A stretch of DNA of 63,158 nt, filler included. It is 4 parts of 4 records of this genome, joined end to end, with 100 filler letters (N's around TTAATTAATTAA, not from the genome) between each part and the next. Parts side by side here need not be neighbours in the genome. Positions count along the whole stretch, not along the records: positions 32,853 to 47,815 come from DRR378314_1791; positions 47,916 to 63,158 come from DRR378314_1798; 2 more parts are not named here. One strand, given 5' to 3'. Positions 39,447-48,817 of this stretch are shown here, piece by piece (within the stretch, counting starts at the first letter, position 1; each line of letters begins with the position of its first letter). The translations under genes were made by a program, and so were the position numbers. The notes beneath the pieces are model-generated. The model searched no databases. It was not told where the DNA came from and saw only the letters and a list, made by a program, of their open reading frames with translations.

Positions 39447-40835
39447 ATGACTGCATATCGCTCCCCCTCCGACTGGCAGGCTTTCGTCGAGAGTTGTATC
39501 GACTTCCGTCCCGATGAAGGCGTTTTTAGGGTTTCTCGTGACATGTTCACCGATCGGGCGCTGTTCGATCTCGAAATGGAACTCATCTTCGAAAAGCAGT
39601 GGATCTTCGCCTGCCACGAAAGCCAAATTCCCAATAAGAACGACTTTATTACCATGCAGGCTGGCCGTCAGCCGATGATCATCACTCGTGATGGCAAGGG
39701 AGAGCTGCGCGCGCTGGCCAACACCTGCCAGCACCGTGGGGCCACCCTGACCCGGGTTGGCAAGGGCAACCAGTCCACCTTCACCTGCCCGTTCCACGCC
39801 TGGTGCTACAAGTCCGATGGCCGCCTGGTCAAGGTCAAAGCGCCGAGCGAATATCCCGAAGACTTCGATAAGGCCAGCCGTGGCCTGAGCCAGGCGCGCA
39901 TCGAAAGCTACCGTGGCTTCGTCTTTATTAGTCTGGACACAGAATCCACCGTCAGTCTCAAGGAGTTCCTCGGTGACACTACGCTGTTCTTCGACATGAT
40001 GGTCGAGCAGGCGAAGGATGGTGAGCTGGAAGTGCTGCCCGGTGAGTCCCGTTACACCTTTAACGCCAATTGGAAGCTGCAGAACGAGAACGGTCTGGAT
40101 GGCTATCACGTCAGCACTGTGCACTATAACTACGTTTCCACCGTACAGCACCGCCGTGAGCTGGAAGCCCAACAGAAGGGTAGCAGTGGTGACACCCTCG
40201 ATTACAGCAAGCTAGGTGCTGGCGACAAAGATACCGACGATGGTTGGTTCTCCTTCAATAACGGCCACAGCCTGTTGTTCAGCGACATGCCTAACCCCCA
40301 GGTACGCCCTGGTTACGCTGCGGTGATGCCGCGCCTACTAGAGCAGCTCCCCCAGGAGCGTGCTGAGTGGACCATGCATCGCCTGCGTAACCTGAACATC
40401 TACCCCAGCCTGTTTTTCATGGATCAGATCAGTTCCCAGCTGCGCATCGTGCGCCCGGTGGCTTGGAACAAGACGGAAGTGATCAGCCTCTGTTTGGGCG
40501 TGAAAGGCGAGTCCGATGCTGATCGCGAGAATCGTATCCGCCAGTTTGAGGACTTCTTCAATGTCTCTGGCATGGGGACCCCCGATGATCTGGTGGAGTT
40601 CCGTGAGCAACAGCGTGGCTTCGAAGCGCGGGCCACTGAGTGGAATGACATTTCCCGGGGCTACCAGTGCTGGGAGTACGGCGAGACCCACAACAGCCAG
40701 GTGCTCGGGATTAAACCGGTGATCACCGGAACCGAGTTCACCCATGAGGGACTCTACGTCAACCAGCACGGCAGCTGGCAGCAAATGCTGCTCGCGGGTC
40801 TCGAGAAGAAAGCACTCAAGCTCCAGGAGGTATAA
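39447..40835 (+). CDS. antA: Anthranilate 1,2-dioxygenase large subunit
   Basis: N-terminus WQAFVESCIDFRPDEGVFRVSRDMFT is AntA-like rather than BenA-like; Rieske CQH...CPFH; ENGLDGYH; QFEDFFN. Confidence 0.9.
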   Translation: MTAYRSPSDWQAFVESCIDFRPDEGVFRVSRDMFTDRALFDLEMELIFEKQWIFACHESQIPNKNDFITMQAGRQPMIITRDGKGELRALANTCQHRGATLTRVGKGNQSTFTCPFHAWCYKSDGRLVKVKAPSEYPEDFDKASRGLSQARIESYRGFVFISLDTESTVSLKEFLGDTTLFFDMMVEQAKDGELEVLPGESRYTFNANWKLQNENGLDGYHVSTVHYNYVSTVQHRRELEAQQKGSSGDTLDYSKLGAGDKDTDDGWFSFNNGHSLLFSDMPNPQVRPGYAAVMPRLLEQLPQERAEWTMHRLRNLNIYPSLFFMDQISSQLRIVRPVAWNKTEVISLCLGVKGESDADRENRIRQFEDFFNVSGMGTPDDLVEFREQQRGFEARATEWNDISRGYQCWEYGETHNSQVLGIKPVITGTEFTHEGLYVNQHGSWQQMLLAGLEKKALKLQEV

Positions 40836-40838
40836 GTC

Positions 40839-41324
40839 ATGAGCCAGCAGCAAGCCATCGAACAGTTTCTCTATCAGGTCGCCGAACTCTGTGACAGCCA
40901 GGATTGGGATGCTTATTTAGACCAGTTCGCCCCAGAGTGTGAGTTTCATATCCCTCAGTGGAAGGGCGACCACGAGATCACCCAGGACCCGAAGCGTGAG
41001 ATGTCGCTGATGTACTACGCGGACCGCACGGGCATTGAGGATCGCATCTTCCGCCTGCGTACTGGTAAGTCCGCTGCTTCCACGCCGATGCCCCGTACGC
41101 TGCATCTGATTAATAACGTGCGCTGGGCGCCACGTGATGATGGTCAGGTGCAGGCGAAGGTGAACTGGGTCACTCACTTCCACCGCTTCGGTGAGAGCGG
41201 CTACTTCTTCGGCACGGCCAGCTACACGCTGCGTGGTGATGGCGACGACTGGAAGATTACCCGTAAGCACACGGTACTGCTCAACGACAAGATCGATTCC
41301 GTCTTGGATTTCTACCACGTCTGA
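40839..41324 (+). CDS. antB: Anthranilate 1,2-dioxygenase small subunit
   Basis: QFLYQVAELCDSQDWD, HIPQW, EDRIFRLRTGKSAASTP and C-terminal DFYHV. Confidence 0.9.
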   Translation: MSQQQAIEQFLYQVAELCDSQDWDAYLDQFAPECEFHIPQWKGDHEITQDPKREMSLMYYADRTGIEDRIFRLRTGKSAASTPMPRTLHLINNVRWAPRDDGQVQAKVNWVTHFHRFGESGYFFGTASYTLRGDGDDWKITRKHTVLLNDKIDSVLDFYHV

Positions 41325-41343
41325 TGTTGCTGGAGGGCGAGTC

Positions 41344-42360
41344 ATGCATAACACAGCCGCCATTGTCTTTCGGGACGGCACCACCCGCTTCGTCAAGGTC
41401 GATAAGAATGAGCTGCTGATGGATGCCGCTCAGCGTCACGGAGTCAATCTGCCGGTGGATTGTCGAGAAGGGGTTTGTGGTACCTGCCGCTGCCTGCGCG
41501 AGTCCGGTGATGTCGACGTCGAGTATATCGATGAGGAAGCCTTGACCGAGGAGGAGGTCGCCGCAGGGCATGTATTGGCTTGCCAGACTCGCCTGCGCTC
41601 CAGTCAGGCTTCCTTCTACTTTGATATCGATTCCAACGTCTGCAGTGTGGCTACCGAGGTGCATAACGGCACTGTCAGCGCCGTGGAGCAGGTCTCCGAT
41701 GGTGCTGCCATCCTCGAGATCACCCTCGACGATCCCACTCAGGCATTGCCGTACCTGCCTGGTCAGTATGCTCGCATCGAGGTGCCGGGTAGCGATCAGT
41801 GGCGGGCTTACTCCTTTGCCACCGCGGCGGTACAGGAGGGAAAGCTGCGCTTTTTGATTCGCCTGTTGCCGAGCGGTGTGATGAGCGATTACCTGCGCGA
41901 CTGTGCCCAGGTGGGCGATGCCATCTCTCTGGAGGCGCCCTTGGGAGCCTTCTATCTCCGTGAGGTACAGCGCCCGTTACTGATGGTGGCCGGCGGCACA
42001 GGCCTTTCTGCCTTCCTCGGTATGCTTGAGGAACTGGCCGAAAAGGGCGAGTGCCAGCAGCCGATCCGTCTCGTCTATGGAGTAACCCAGGAGCAGGATC
42101 TCAGTGAGCTCGCGCGTCTAGAAGCTTTCACCGAGACGCTGCCCGACTTCGCCTTTGGCACCGTTGTAATGACGCCTTCCGAAGCGTGGCAAGGCAACAA
42201 AGGCGTCGTCTGTGACCTTTTTGATCTCGACTTCCTCGCCCAGCCCTTCGATGCCTACCTGTGTGGGCCGCCGCCGATGATTGAGGCTAGCAAGACTTGG
42301 TTTGAGGAGAATCCGGTGGGCGAATGCCGAGTGTTTTTTGAGAAATTTATCTCTAGTTGA
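41344..42360 (+). CDS. antC: Anthranilate dioxygenase reductase (2Fe-2S + FAD/NAD)
   Basis: DCREGVCGTC, RAYSF, AGGTGLS, YLCGPPPM and FFEKF; start at ATG 41344. Confidence 0.9.
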   Translation: MHNTAAIVFRDGTTRFVKVDKNELLMDAAQRHGVNLPVDCREGVCGTCRCLRESGDVDVEYIDEEALTEEEVAAGHVLACQTRLRSSQASFYFDIDSNVCSVATEVHNGTVSAVEQVSDGAAILEITLDDPTQALPYLPGQYARIEVPGSDQWRAYSFATAAVQEGKLRFLIRLLPSGVMSDYLRDCAQVGDAISLEAPLGAFYLREVQRPLLMVAGGTGLSAFLGMLEELAEKGECQQPIRLVYGVTQEQDLSELARLEAFTETLPDFAFGTVVMTPSEAWQGNKGVVCDLFDLDFLAQPFDAYLCGPPPMIEASKTWFEENPVGECRVFFEKFISS

Positions 42361-42367
42361 GGTTTCT

Positions 42368-43492
42368 ATGCGCGGCGTCTCTATTGAAGATATTCAAACA
42401 GTGCTGGTCGATTTACCAACCATCCGTCCACACAAGCTTTCCATGACCACTATGGCCTGCCAAACCATGGTCATTGTGCGCATGCGCCACTCGGATGGGG
42501 TTGAAGGGCTAGGCGAAGGCACCACCATTGGTGGCCTTGCCTACGGCCCAGAAAGCCCCGAGAGCATCAAGCGCAATATTGATACCTACCTAGCGCCGCT
42601 GCTGATCGGTCAACCATCCGGCAATATTCATCAGCTACGCGCCCGTCTTAACCGCCACATCCGCGGCAATATGATTGCCAAATCGGCGTTGGAAACCGCG
42701 CTGCTCGATGCTCAGGGAAAACGTTTGGGGCTAAGCGTGGCCGAGCTGCTCGGCGGCGCCCGCCAAACACATTTGCCGGTGCTTTGGACGCTGGCCAGTG
42801 GCGATACCGCCAAGGATATCGACGAAGCGCAGTTGCGCTTAGAGCAGCGTCGGCATTGTGACTTTAAGTTGAAGATCGGCGCACATCCGGTGGATCACGA
42901 TGTACGTCACGTGGCGGCCATCAAAGAGGCCTTGGGGGATCGCGCCAGCGTGCGCGTTGACGTCAACCAAGCGTGGGATGAGTCCACCGCGGTTCGCGGT
43001 ATTCAGGCACTGCAGGAGGCCGGTATTGAGCTGATCGAGCAGCCCATTCCTGCCCGTGAGCACGCCGGGCTGGTCCGACTGGCTAATCGTTTCAATGTGC
43101 CAATGCTCGCTGACGAGGCAGTACAAGACGCTCGCGACGGACTTGACCTTGTCTGCGGCGGTTTCAGTGGTGCCTTCGCGCTGAAGATTGCCAAAGCCGG
43201 TGGCATGTACGGCGTGCTGGAACTGGCCCATGTTGCCCAAGCTGCGGGGGTTGGCTTGTACGGTGGCACCTTGCTGGAGGGCACCATCGGCACTGCCGCG
43301 TCACTCCACGCCTGGGCAACGCTACCAGAAATGGCCTGGGGTACGGAGATGTTCGGCCCGCTGCTGCTCAAAGACGACATCGTCGTTAAACCGCTTAATT
43401 ACCATGACTTTGGCGTCGACTTACCGACAGGGCCGGGGCTGGGTATCACGCTAGATGAAGACAAGGTTACGCACTACTCACGTAAAGACTAG
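42368..43492 (+). CDS. catB: Muconate cycloisomerase
   Basis: DLPTIRPHKLS, GEGTTIGGLAYGPESPE, FKLKIG, RVDVNQAW, EQP and EMFGPLLL; start at ATG 42368. Confidence 0.95.
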   Translation: MRGVSIEDIQTVLVDLPTIRPHKLSMTTMACQTMVIVRMRHSDGVEGLGEGTTIGGLAYGPESPESIKRNIDTYLAPLLIGQPSGNIHQLRARLNRHIRGNMIAKSALETALLDAQGKRLGLSVAELLGGARQTHLPVLWTLASGDTAKDIDEAQLRLEQRRHCDFKLKIGAHPVDHDVRHVAAIKEALGDRASVRVDVNQAWDESTAVRGIQALQEAGIELIEQPIPAREHAGLVRLANRFNVPMLADEAVQDARDGLDLVCGGFSGAFALKIAKAGGMYGVLELAHVAQAAGVGLYGGTLLEGTIGTAASLHAWATLPEMAWGTEMFGPLLLKDDIVVKPLNYHDFGVDLPTGPGLGITLDEDKVTHYSRKD

Positions 43493-43519
43493 TCGCGTAA
43501 GAGCCAGGAGGAGAGCGCC

Positions 43520-43810
43520 ATGCTGTATCAGGTAGAAATGACCGTTAAATTGCCGACGGATATGCCCGCCGAGCAAGCGGCAGACATTAAGGCTGCTGAA
43601 AAGAGTTATTCCCAAGACCTGCAGCGCCAGGGCAAATGGCGCCACTTATGGCGGGTGGCAGGCAGCTACTCGAACGTCAGCATCTTTGACGTTGAAGATA
43701 ACGCTGAGCTGCAGGCATTGGTTAGCAACTTGCCACTGTTTCCCTATATGGAGATCAGCGTCAAACCGCTGTGTCGTCACCCCTCTTCAGTGCGTGACGA
43801 CGATAGCTGA
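43520..43810 (+). CDS. catC: Muconolactone delta-isomerase
   Basis: 96 aa; GKWRHLWRVAG, SIFDV and LPLFPYM...PLCRHPS. Confidence 0.95.
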   Translation: MLYQVEMTVKLPTDMPAEQAADIKAAEKSYSQDLQRQGKWRHLWRVAGSYSNVSIFDVEDNAELQALVSNLPLFPYMEISVKPLCRHPSSVRDDDS

Positions 43811-43875
43811 TATACCCAGGTGCAAGGTTAGTTCTTATTAATAACAACAGCTTATAACAAACAGAGGATTTCACC

Positions 43876-44850
43876 ATGACCGTGAAGATTTTTGACACTC
43901 CCGACGTGCAAGACTTCATCAAAACCGTTGCTGGCTGTGGCCAAACCGGTGGCAATGATCGCGCCAAACAAATTGTGCATCGCTTGGTATCTGATCTGTT
44001 CAAGCTAATCGATGACTTCGATGTGACCGAGGAAGAGTACTGGGCGGCGGTCAATCTGCTCAATTCGCTGGGTAGCCAAACTCAGTTTGGTTTGCTGTCT
44101 CCTGGACTTGGTTTTGATCACTACCTTGATATGCGCCAAGACGCTATCGATGCCGAAGCCAAACGCACCGGCGGCACCCCGCGTACTATTGAAGGCCCGC
44201 TGTATGTCGCTGGCGCCCCGGAAGCCGAAGGTTTTGCCCGCATGGACGATAGTCAGGATAACGACGGTGAGACCATGTGGCTGACCGGTCAGGTGCGTGA
44301 CGTGAACGGCACGCCGATTGCTGGCGCGAAGGTCGAGATTTGGCACGCCAACTCCCATGGAGGTTACTCCTTCTTTGATCCTTCGCAATCTGAGTACAAC
44401 CTGCGCCGTACGATTTATACCGACAGCGAAGGTCACTACACCGCGCGTAGCATTATCCCCTCTGGTTACGGCGTACCCGAAGGTGCGCCCACGGATGTAG
44501 TGCTGAAATCCCTGGGACGTCACGGGCAGCGTCCAGCGCATATTCATTACTTCGTCTCCGCTCCGGGCCACCAGCACTTGACCACTCAGATTAATCTGGC
44601 GGGTGATCCCTACACCTATGACGACTTTGCCTTTGCCACCCGTGAAGAGCTGGTCGTCACTGCCGAACGTATTGAAGACCCCGCCGAGATTGCCAAGCGT
44701 GAGCTAGACGGCCCGTTTTCTCATGTGGTGTTCAATGTGGCACTGGCCAACGTTGAGGCGCCCGAGCTACAGGTGCGTCATGCCCGGCCGCGGGCTAAAG
44801 AAGATGAGCAGGATCTCGCCAGTCAACTGGCCGGTACCGCGAAGGTTTGA
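43876..44850 (+). CDS. catA: Catechol 1,2-dioxygenase
   Basis: GTPRTIEGPLYVAGAP, WHAN, YS.FD, RPAHIHYF and LTTQIN intradiol dioxygenase motifs. Confidence 0.95.
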   Translation: MTVKIFDTPDVQDFIKTVAGCGQTGGNDRAKQIVHRLVSDLFKLIDDFDVTEEEYWAAVNLLNSLGSQTQFGLLSPGLGFDHYLDMRQDAIDAEAKRTGGTPRTIEGPLYVAGAPEAEGFARMDDSQDNDGETMWLTGQVRDVNGTPIAGAKVEIWHANSHGGYSFFDPSQSEYNLRRTIYTDSEGHYTARSIIPSGYGVPEGAPTDVVLKSLGRHGQRPAHIHYFVSAPGHQHLTTQINLAGDPYTYDDFAFATREELVVTAERIEDPAEIAKRELDGPFSHVVFNVALANVEAPELQVRHARPRAKEDEQDLASQLAGTAKV

Positions 44851-44892
44851 GTCTGTTTTAAAACCACATAAAAACTATATAAGAGACCCATT

Positions 44893-45876
44893 ATGACTCC
44901 TACAAAAGCCTTTCTGAGCACTGCTGTGGCGGCCTCTCTGCTCTTTAGTGCCGTTTCTGCCCAGGCTCGCGATTTCCGCCTGGGGGTGATTACACCTCCC
45001 CAGCACCTCTGGTCCACCGAAGCTGTGGCCTTTGCCGACACCCTTCATGAGCGTTCTGATGGCGAGCATAGCGTCAGCGTTTTCCCGGCCCAGCAGCTCG
45101 GTAACGAAGCGCAGATGGTTCAGCAATTACAGACTGGCGCGCTGGACATGGCCTTTCTGACCATCGCTGAAATTTCCAATCGGATTCCTGACTTCGGTGC
45201 CCTTTATGCGCCCTATCTGGTTGATGATGTGGATCATGCCGCGCGCTTACTGCGTTCCGACACTGCCGGTGAACTGCTCGACCTGATGCCCCAGGGCGTG
45301 GGTATGGTCGGCGTTGGCTATGGCATGGTAGGCATGCGGCAGGTGCTCTCTCGGGCGCCTATCGAGAACCAAGCCGATATGAGCGGGAAGCGCTTGCGTA
45401 TCACCCCCTTTGAGCCAATCCGTGACTTCTATACTGCCACTGGCGCGGCTCCAGCCCCGCTGCCACTGCTCGAAGTCTATGACGCTCTGGCTAATGGCCA
45501 GGTAGATGCCATCGACATGGACTTTGATTCAATCTTGATCCTCAAGTTTTATGAGCAGGCGCCTAACTTACTGATCTCCAACCATATGATGTTCCCTATG
45601 GTGGGTGTGGTCTCCGGTCGGGTTTGGCGCGAACTCTCAGTAGAGGATCGTGAGTTGATCGAGACCACCATGGCTGAGCACCTTGAGAATGTCCTGTCCG
45701 GCTTTCAGGCTAAGGATGCTGCCCAAGAAGCCGAGATCCGTGAGCTTGGTCTGAACATTGTCGAGGCCGATGCTGAGTTCTTCGGCGACGCCATTGCCGA
45801 GTGGGAAGCAATCTGGGGTGAGAAAGCTCCGAGACTGGAGATGCTTCGCCAGGAAGCCGACCGTCTACGTGAATGA
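44893..45876 (+). CDS. dctP: TRAP transporter substrate-binding protein
   Basis: Sec signal peptide; VFPAQQLGNE, GKRLRI, EVYDALANGQVDA and SNHM. Confidence 0.9.
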   Translation: MTPTKAFLSTAVAASLLFSAVSAQARDFRLGVITPPQHLWSTEAVAFADTLHERSDGEHSVSVFPAQQLGNEAQMVQQLQTGALDMAFLTIAEISNRIPDFGALYAPYLVDDVDHAARLLRSDTAGELLDLMPQGVGMVGVGYGMVGMRQVLSRAPIENQADMSGKRLRITPFEPIRDFYTATGAAPAPLPLLEVYDALANGQVDAIDMDFDSILILKFYEQAPNLLISNHMMFPMVGVVSGRVWRELSVEDRELIETTMAEHLENVLSGFQAKDAAQEAEIRELGLNIVEADAEFFGDAIAEWEAIWGEKAPRLEMLRQEADRLRE

Positions 45877-45886
45877 GGGCGACGTG

Positions 45887-46453
45887 ATGTTGTCACGACT
45901 TTCTGACCGACTTGCCAAAGGAGAGGAGATCACTGCCGCTGTCCTAGCGGCGGCAGTGACCCTGCTGATCCTTGTCAATGTGGCTTTTCGTGCCGCCGGC
46001 TACCCGATCTACTGGATCAGCGAGCTGGCTATCTACGCCATGATCTGGATGACTCTGCTGATCTCCAGTGCGGTTTTTAAACGGCGCCAAGGGATTGCTG
46101 TGACGCTGTTCACTGATCTCTTGCCGACCTCTTGTCAGCGCCTAGTAGGTTTGTTCGTCGACCTCATGGTGGCGCTCTTCGCGCTGATTCTGCTGTGGCT
46201 TTGTTGGCGCTGGTATCAGCCGCTGCTGCTGTGGCAGACCGGCTTCGATATTCAGGCTTTTCAAGGCGAGACCTTCAATTTCATCTATGCCGAGAATACC
46301 TCAACGCTGGGTATCAAGAAGTTCTGGGTGTGGCTGATTCTTCCTTGGTTCGCCGCTTCCTTGCTATTCCACAGTCTGATCAATTTATGCCAATCGCTGT
46401 GCAATCTTGGTCGTCCGGCATCCCACACCACTCAAGAGGAGGTGGCCCGATGA
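45887..46453 (+). CDS. dctQ: TRAP transporter small permease
   Basis: 4 TM helices; NVAFR...W.SELA motif; start at ATG 45887. Confidence 0.88.
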   Translation: MLSRLSDRLAKGEEITAAVLAAAVTLLILVNVAFRAAGYPIYWISELAIYAMIWMTLLISSAVFKRRQGIAVTLFTDLLPTSCQRLVGLFVDLMVALFALILLWLCWRWYQPLLLWQTGFDIQAFQGETFNFIYAENTSTLGIKKFWVWLILPWFAASLLFHSLINLCQSLCNLGRPASHTTQEEVAR

Positions 46454-47709
46454 CTGTCGCTGTCTTTGCTTTGCTACTGCTGGGGGCGGTGCCCATTGCC
46501 CTGGTGCTGGCACTTACCGCCCTGTTCTATATCCTGGTATCGGGTAATACCGTGCTCTTTGAGTCCTATCCTCAGCAGTTATTCGCGGCCATCGAGAGCT
46601 ATGGGTTGCTAGCCATTCCACTCTTTATGCTGGCCGGAGAGTTGATGAACGAAGGTGGGGTAACTCGCCGGTTGATCGACCTGGCACGGCTGCTGGTGGG
46701 TGGTTTTCGCGGTGGCTTGGCTTACATCAATCTGGTTGCCAACATGATGATGGCGGCGATTATCGGTTCTGCCGCCTCGCAGATCGCCATCATGTCTCGG
46801 GCTATGGTGCCAGCCATGGAGCGGGAGGGCTATGACAAGCCCTATAGTGCGGCCATTACCGCTGCTGGCGGCTTGCTGTCACCCATCATCCCGCCCTCGA
46901 TGCTGTTCGTGCTGTTCGGCGTGATGGCCCAGGTGCCCATTGCGGATATGTTTATCGCCGGTATCTTGCCGGGCCTACTGCTAGGGGGCACCTTCTTTCT
47001 GACTATCGCCATCATGGGGTTGGTACAGCAATACCCCAAGGGAGAGTGGCTGAGTCGACAAGAAGCAATAAAAGCGCTGAAGATGGGCCTGCCGGCCATG
47101 TCGATACCGCTGATTATCATCGGCGGTATTCTGCTGGGCTTAGCGACTCCCACCGAATCGGCGGCGCTCGCCTCGCTGGCGGCGTTGCTATTAGGGCGCT
47201 ATCTCTATCGTGATTTGAAAGTCGCCATGCTGCCCGAGATACTCAAACGCACCGCTATCAATGCCGGTCTGGTGATCATGTTGATCGCTGCTGCTGGAGT
47301 CTTCGGCTGGGTGGTCGTCTACGAGCAACTGCCGCAAATGGCTGCCGCCTGGATCGCTGCTTTGACCACCGACCCCTTTATTTTTCTGCTGCTGCTGGTG
47401 GGGGTGTTGCTACTGGTGGGAATGATCATCGATGGTATCGCTGCGCTCATCCTGGTAGTCCCCATCCTGCTGCCGATTGCCACCCAGCAGTTTGATATTA
47501 CTCCCTACCAGTTTGGTGTGGTGGTCTGTCTGACGTTAGTGCTGGGACTTCTGACGCCGCCAGTGGGTGCAGGACTGTTTATTGCCTCTTCCATGACGGG
47601 GGTGCCGCCTATGCGTATCTTCCTGGCATTGTTGCCATTCCTGCTGGCGAGTCTTGTGACCTTGGTGTTGTTAGCTTGGCAACCCTGGCTGACGTTGGCA
47701 CTTCTCTAG
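46450..47709 (+). CDS. dctM: TRAP transporter large permease
   Basis: LLAIPLFMLAGELMNEGG, IIPPS, TPTE and LTPPVG; ATGA overlap with dctQ. Confidence 0.93.
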   Translation: MTVAVFALLLLGAVPIALVLALTALFYILVSGNTVLFESYPQQLFAAIESYGLLAIPLFMLAGELMNEGGVTRRLIDLARLLVGGFRGGLAYINLVANMMMAAIIGSAASQIAIMSRAMVPAMEREGYDKPYSAAITAAGGLLSPIIPPSMLFVLFGVMAQVPIADMFIAGILPGLLLGGTFFLTIAIMGLVQQYPKGEWLSRQEAIKALKMGLPAMSIPLIIIGGILLGLATPTESAALASLAALLLGRYLYRDLKVAMLPEILKRTAINAGLVIMLIAAAGVFGWVVVYEQLPQMAAAWIAALTTDPFIFLLLLVGVLLLVGMIIDGIAALILVVPILLPIATQQFDITPYQFGVVVCLTLVLGLLTPPVGAGLFIASSMTGVPPMRIFLALLPFLLASLVTLVLLAWQPWLTLALL

Positions 47710-47739
47710 AAAACGGATGTACAGCATATAATTAGCAGA

Positions 47740-47768
47740 GCCCCCTCAAGGTGTGACCTTAAGGGGGC
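47740..47768 (+). terminator. Hairpin downstream of dctM
   Basis: GCCCCCTCAAGG-TGTGA-CCTTAAGGGGGC: 12-bp stem with one mismatch; no U tract. Confidence 0.5.
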
Positions 47769-47815
47769 CGCCCACCTTCAAACTATTCATGGCTACCTGA
47801 CTGGCAATATCATGG

Positions 47816-47915
47816 NNNNNNNNNNNNNNNNNNNNNNNNNNNNNNNNNNNNNNNNNNNNTTAATTAATTAANNNNNNNNNNNNNNNNNNNNNNNNNNNNN
47901 NNNNNNNNNNNNNNN
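47816..47915. other. Artificial contig-joining linker
   Basis: N44-TTAATTAATTAA-N44. Confidence 0.98.
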
Positions 47916-48817
47916 GTTTCTGCACACGTAGACAAGTGTCATTCGCGGATACAGCAGCTTGCAAAGCGACGCGATGTTCTCCTTCAGTATTGGCGACTCG
48001 TCCGACAAATTCGCTCCAGGAAGGTCAAAGACGTCTCCGCAGTGTTGCAAGAACGGACTTGGATACGAAATTGTGACAAATCCAGACGCCCACGCGTCGA
48101 AATCCGCTTCTTGCAAATTTGTCGGCCTCCTCAGCACTTCTGAGAGAATTTCAGTTATTCTCGTCCTGGGTAAAAGTTTTCCTGTCTGCTCGTCACATAG
48201 GGATACGACGTGGCTCGCAGAAGGGTTTTCCGACAGTGCTACTTCGACATTCTGGTACACACGCACTTGCGCTTTCCCTTCCTCTGCGTACATCATGCGA
48301 CAGCTGCGCGCTGTAACCCGCCCAGATCCAGCAGGAAGCGATATACCTACCAAGGCGTTCACCAGCGTTGTTTTACCGGAGCTATTTACTCCAAACATTA
48401 CGAGAGATGGGCGGCGGCCTGGCACGGCGCTCTTCCTGATCATTTTCGCGCTTTCCTCGGAGAAAAAAGAAGGTGACGAGTCTGCGTCAGTGTGTGCATC
48501 AGGGCGAACACCGGCACGATCCTCCTCCGCAACCTGGGCAAAAATGTCATCGCTGAAAAACTTTTCGATGTTATTTTGCAGACGTTCCGCGCACTGCAAG
48601 AGTACCGTGTTCGCATTTTCGAGGCGGTTGAGCTCTTGGATTTCTTTGCACTCGTCGAGCAGCCCCGCGAGCTTCCTCATTGTTCTAAAAGATGAAGCAT
48701 ATCGAGCGGAGCGCATTGATGCATTGTTCCACAAAATGTCAGCCGAAAGTACCTTGCTATTCCCATTTCTTATTAGAGAAAGGATGAGTGCGCGCGCGCG
48801 TATAGCGTTCGGACAGC
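47916..48817 (-). CDS. Dynamin-like/mitofusin-type GTPase exon (eukaryotic, partial)
   Basis: G1 GVNSSGKTTLVNAL, G2 region LPAGSGRVT, and YPSPFL...FDLPG (G3). The frame stays open upstream to a CAG acceptor at 48818-48820, preceded by a GCTAAC branch-point-like motif. Truncated by the linker. Confidence 0.75.

Noticed and set aside
39447-42360. benABC (benzoate dioxygenase)
   Set aside because: The subunit N-termini are Ant-like and no benD diol dehydrogenase is present.
20619-47915. Bacteria-to-eukaryote horizontal transfer, or integrase-mediated insertion next to eukaryotic genes
   Set aside because: Every bacterial/eukaryotic transition coincides exactly with an artificial N-TTAATTAATTAA-N linker.
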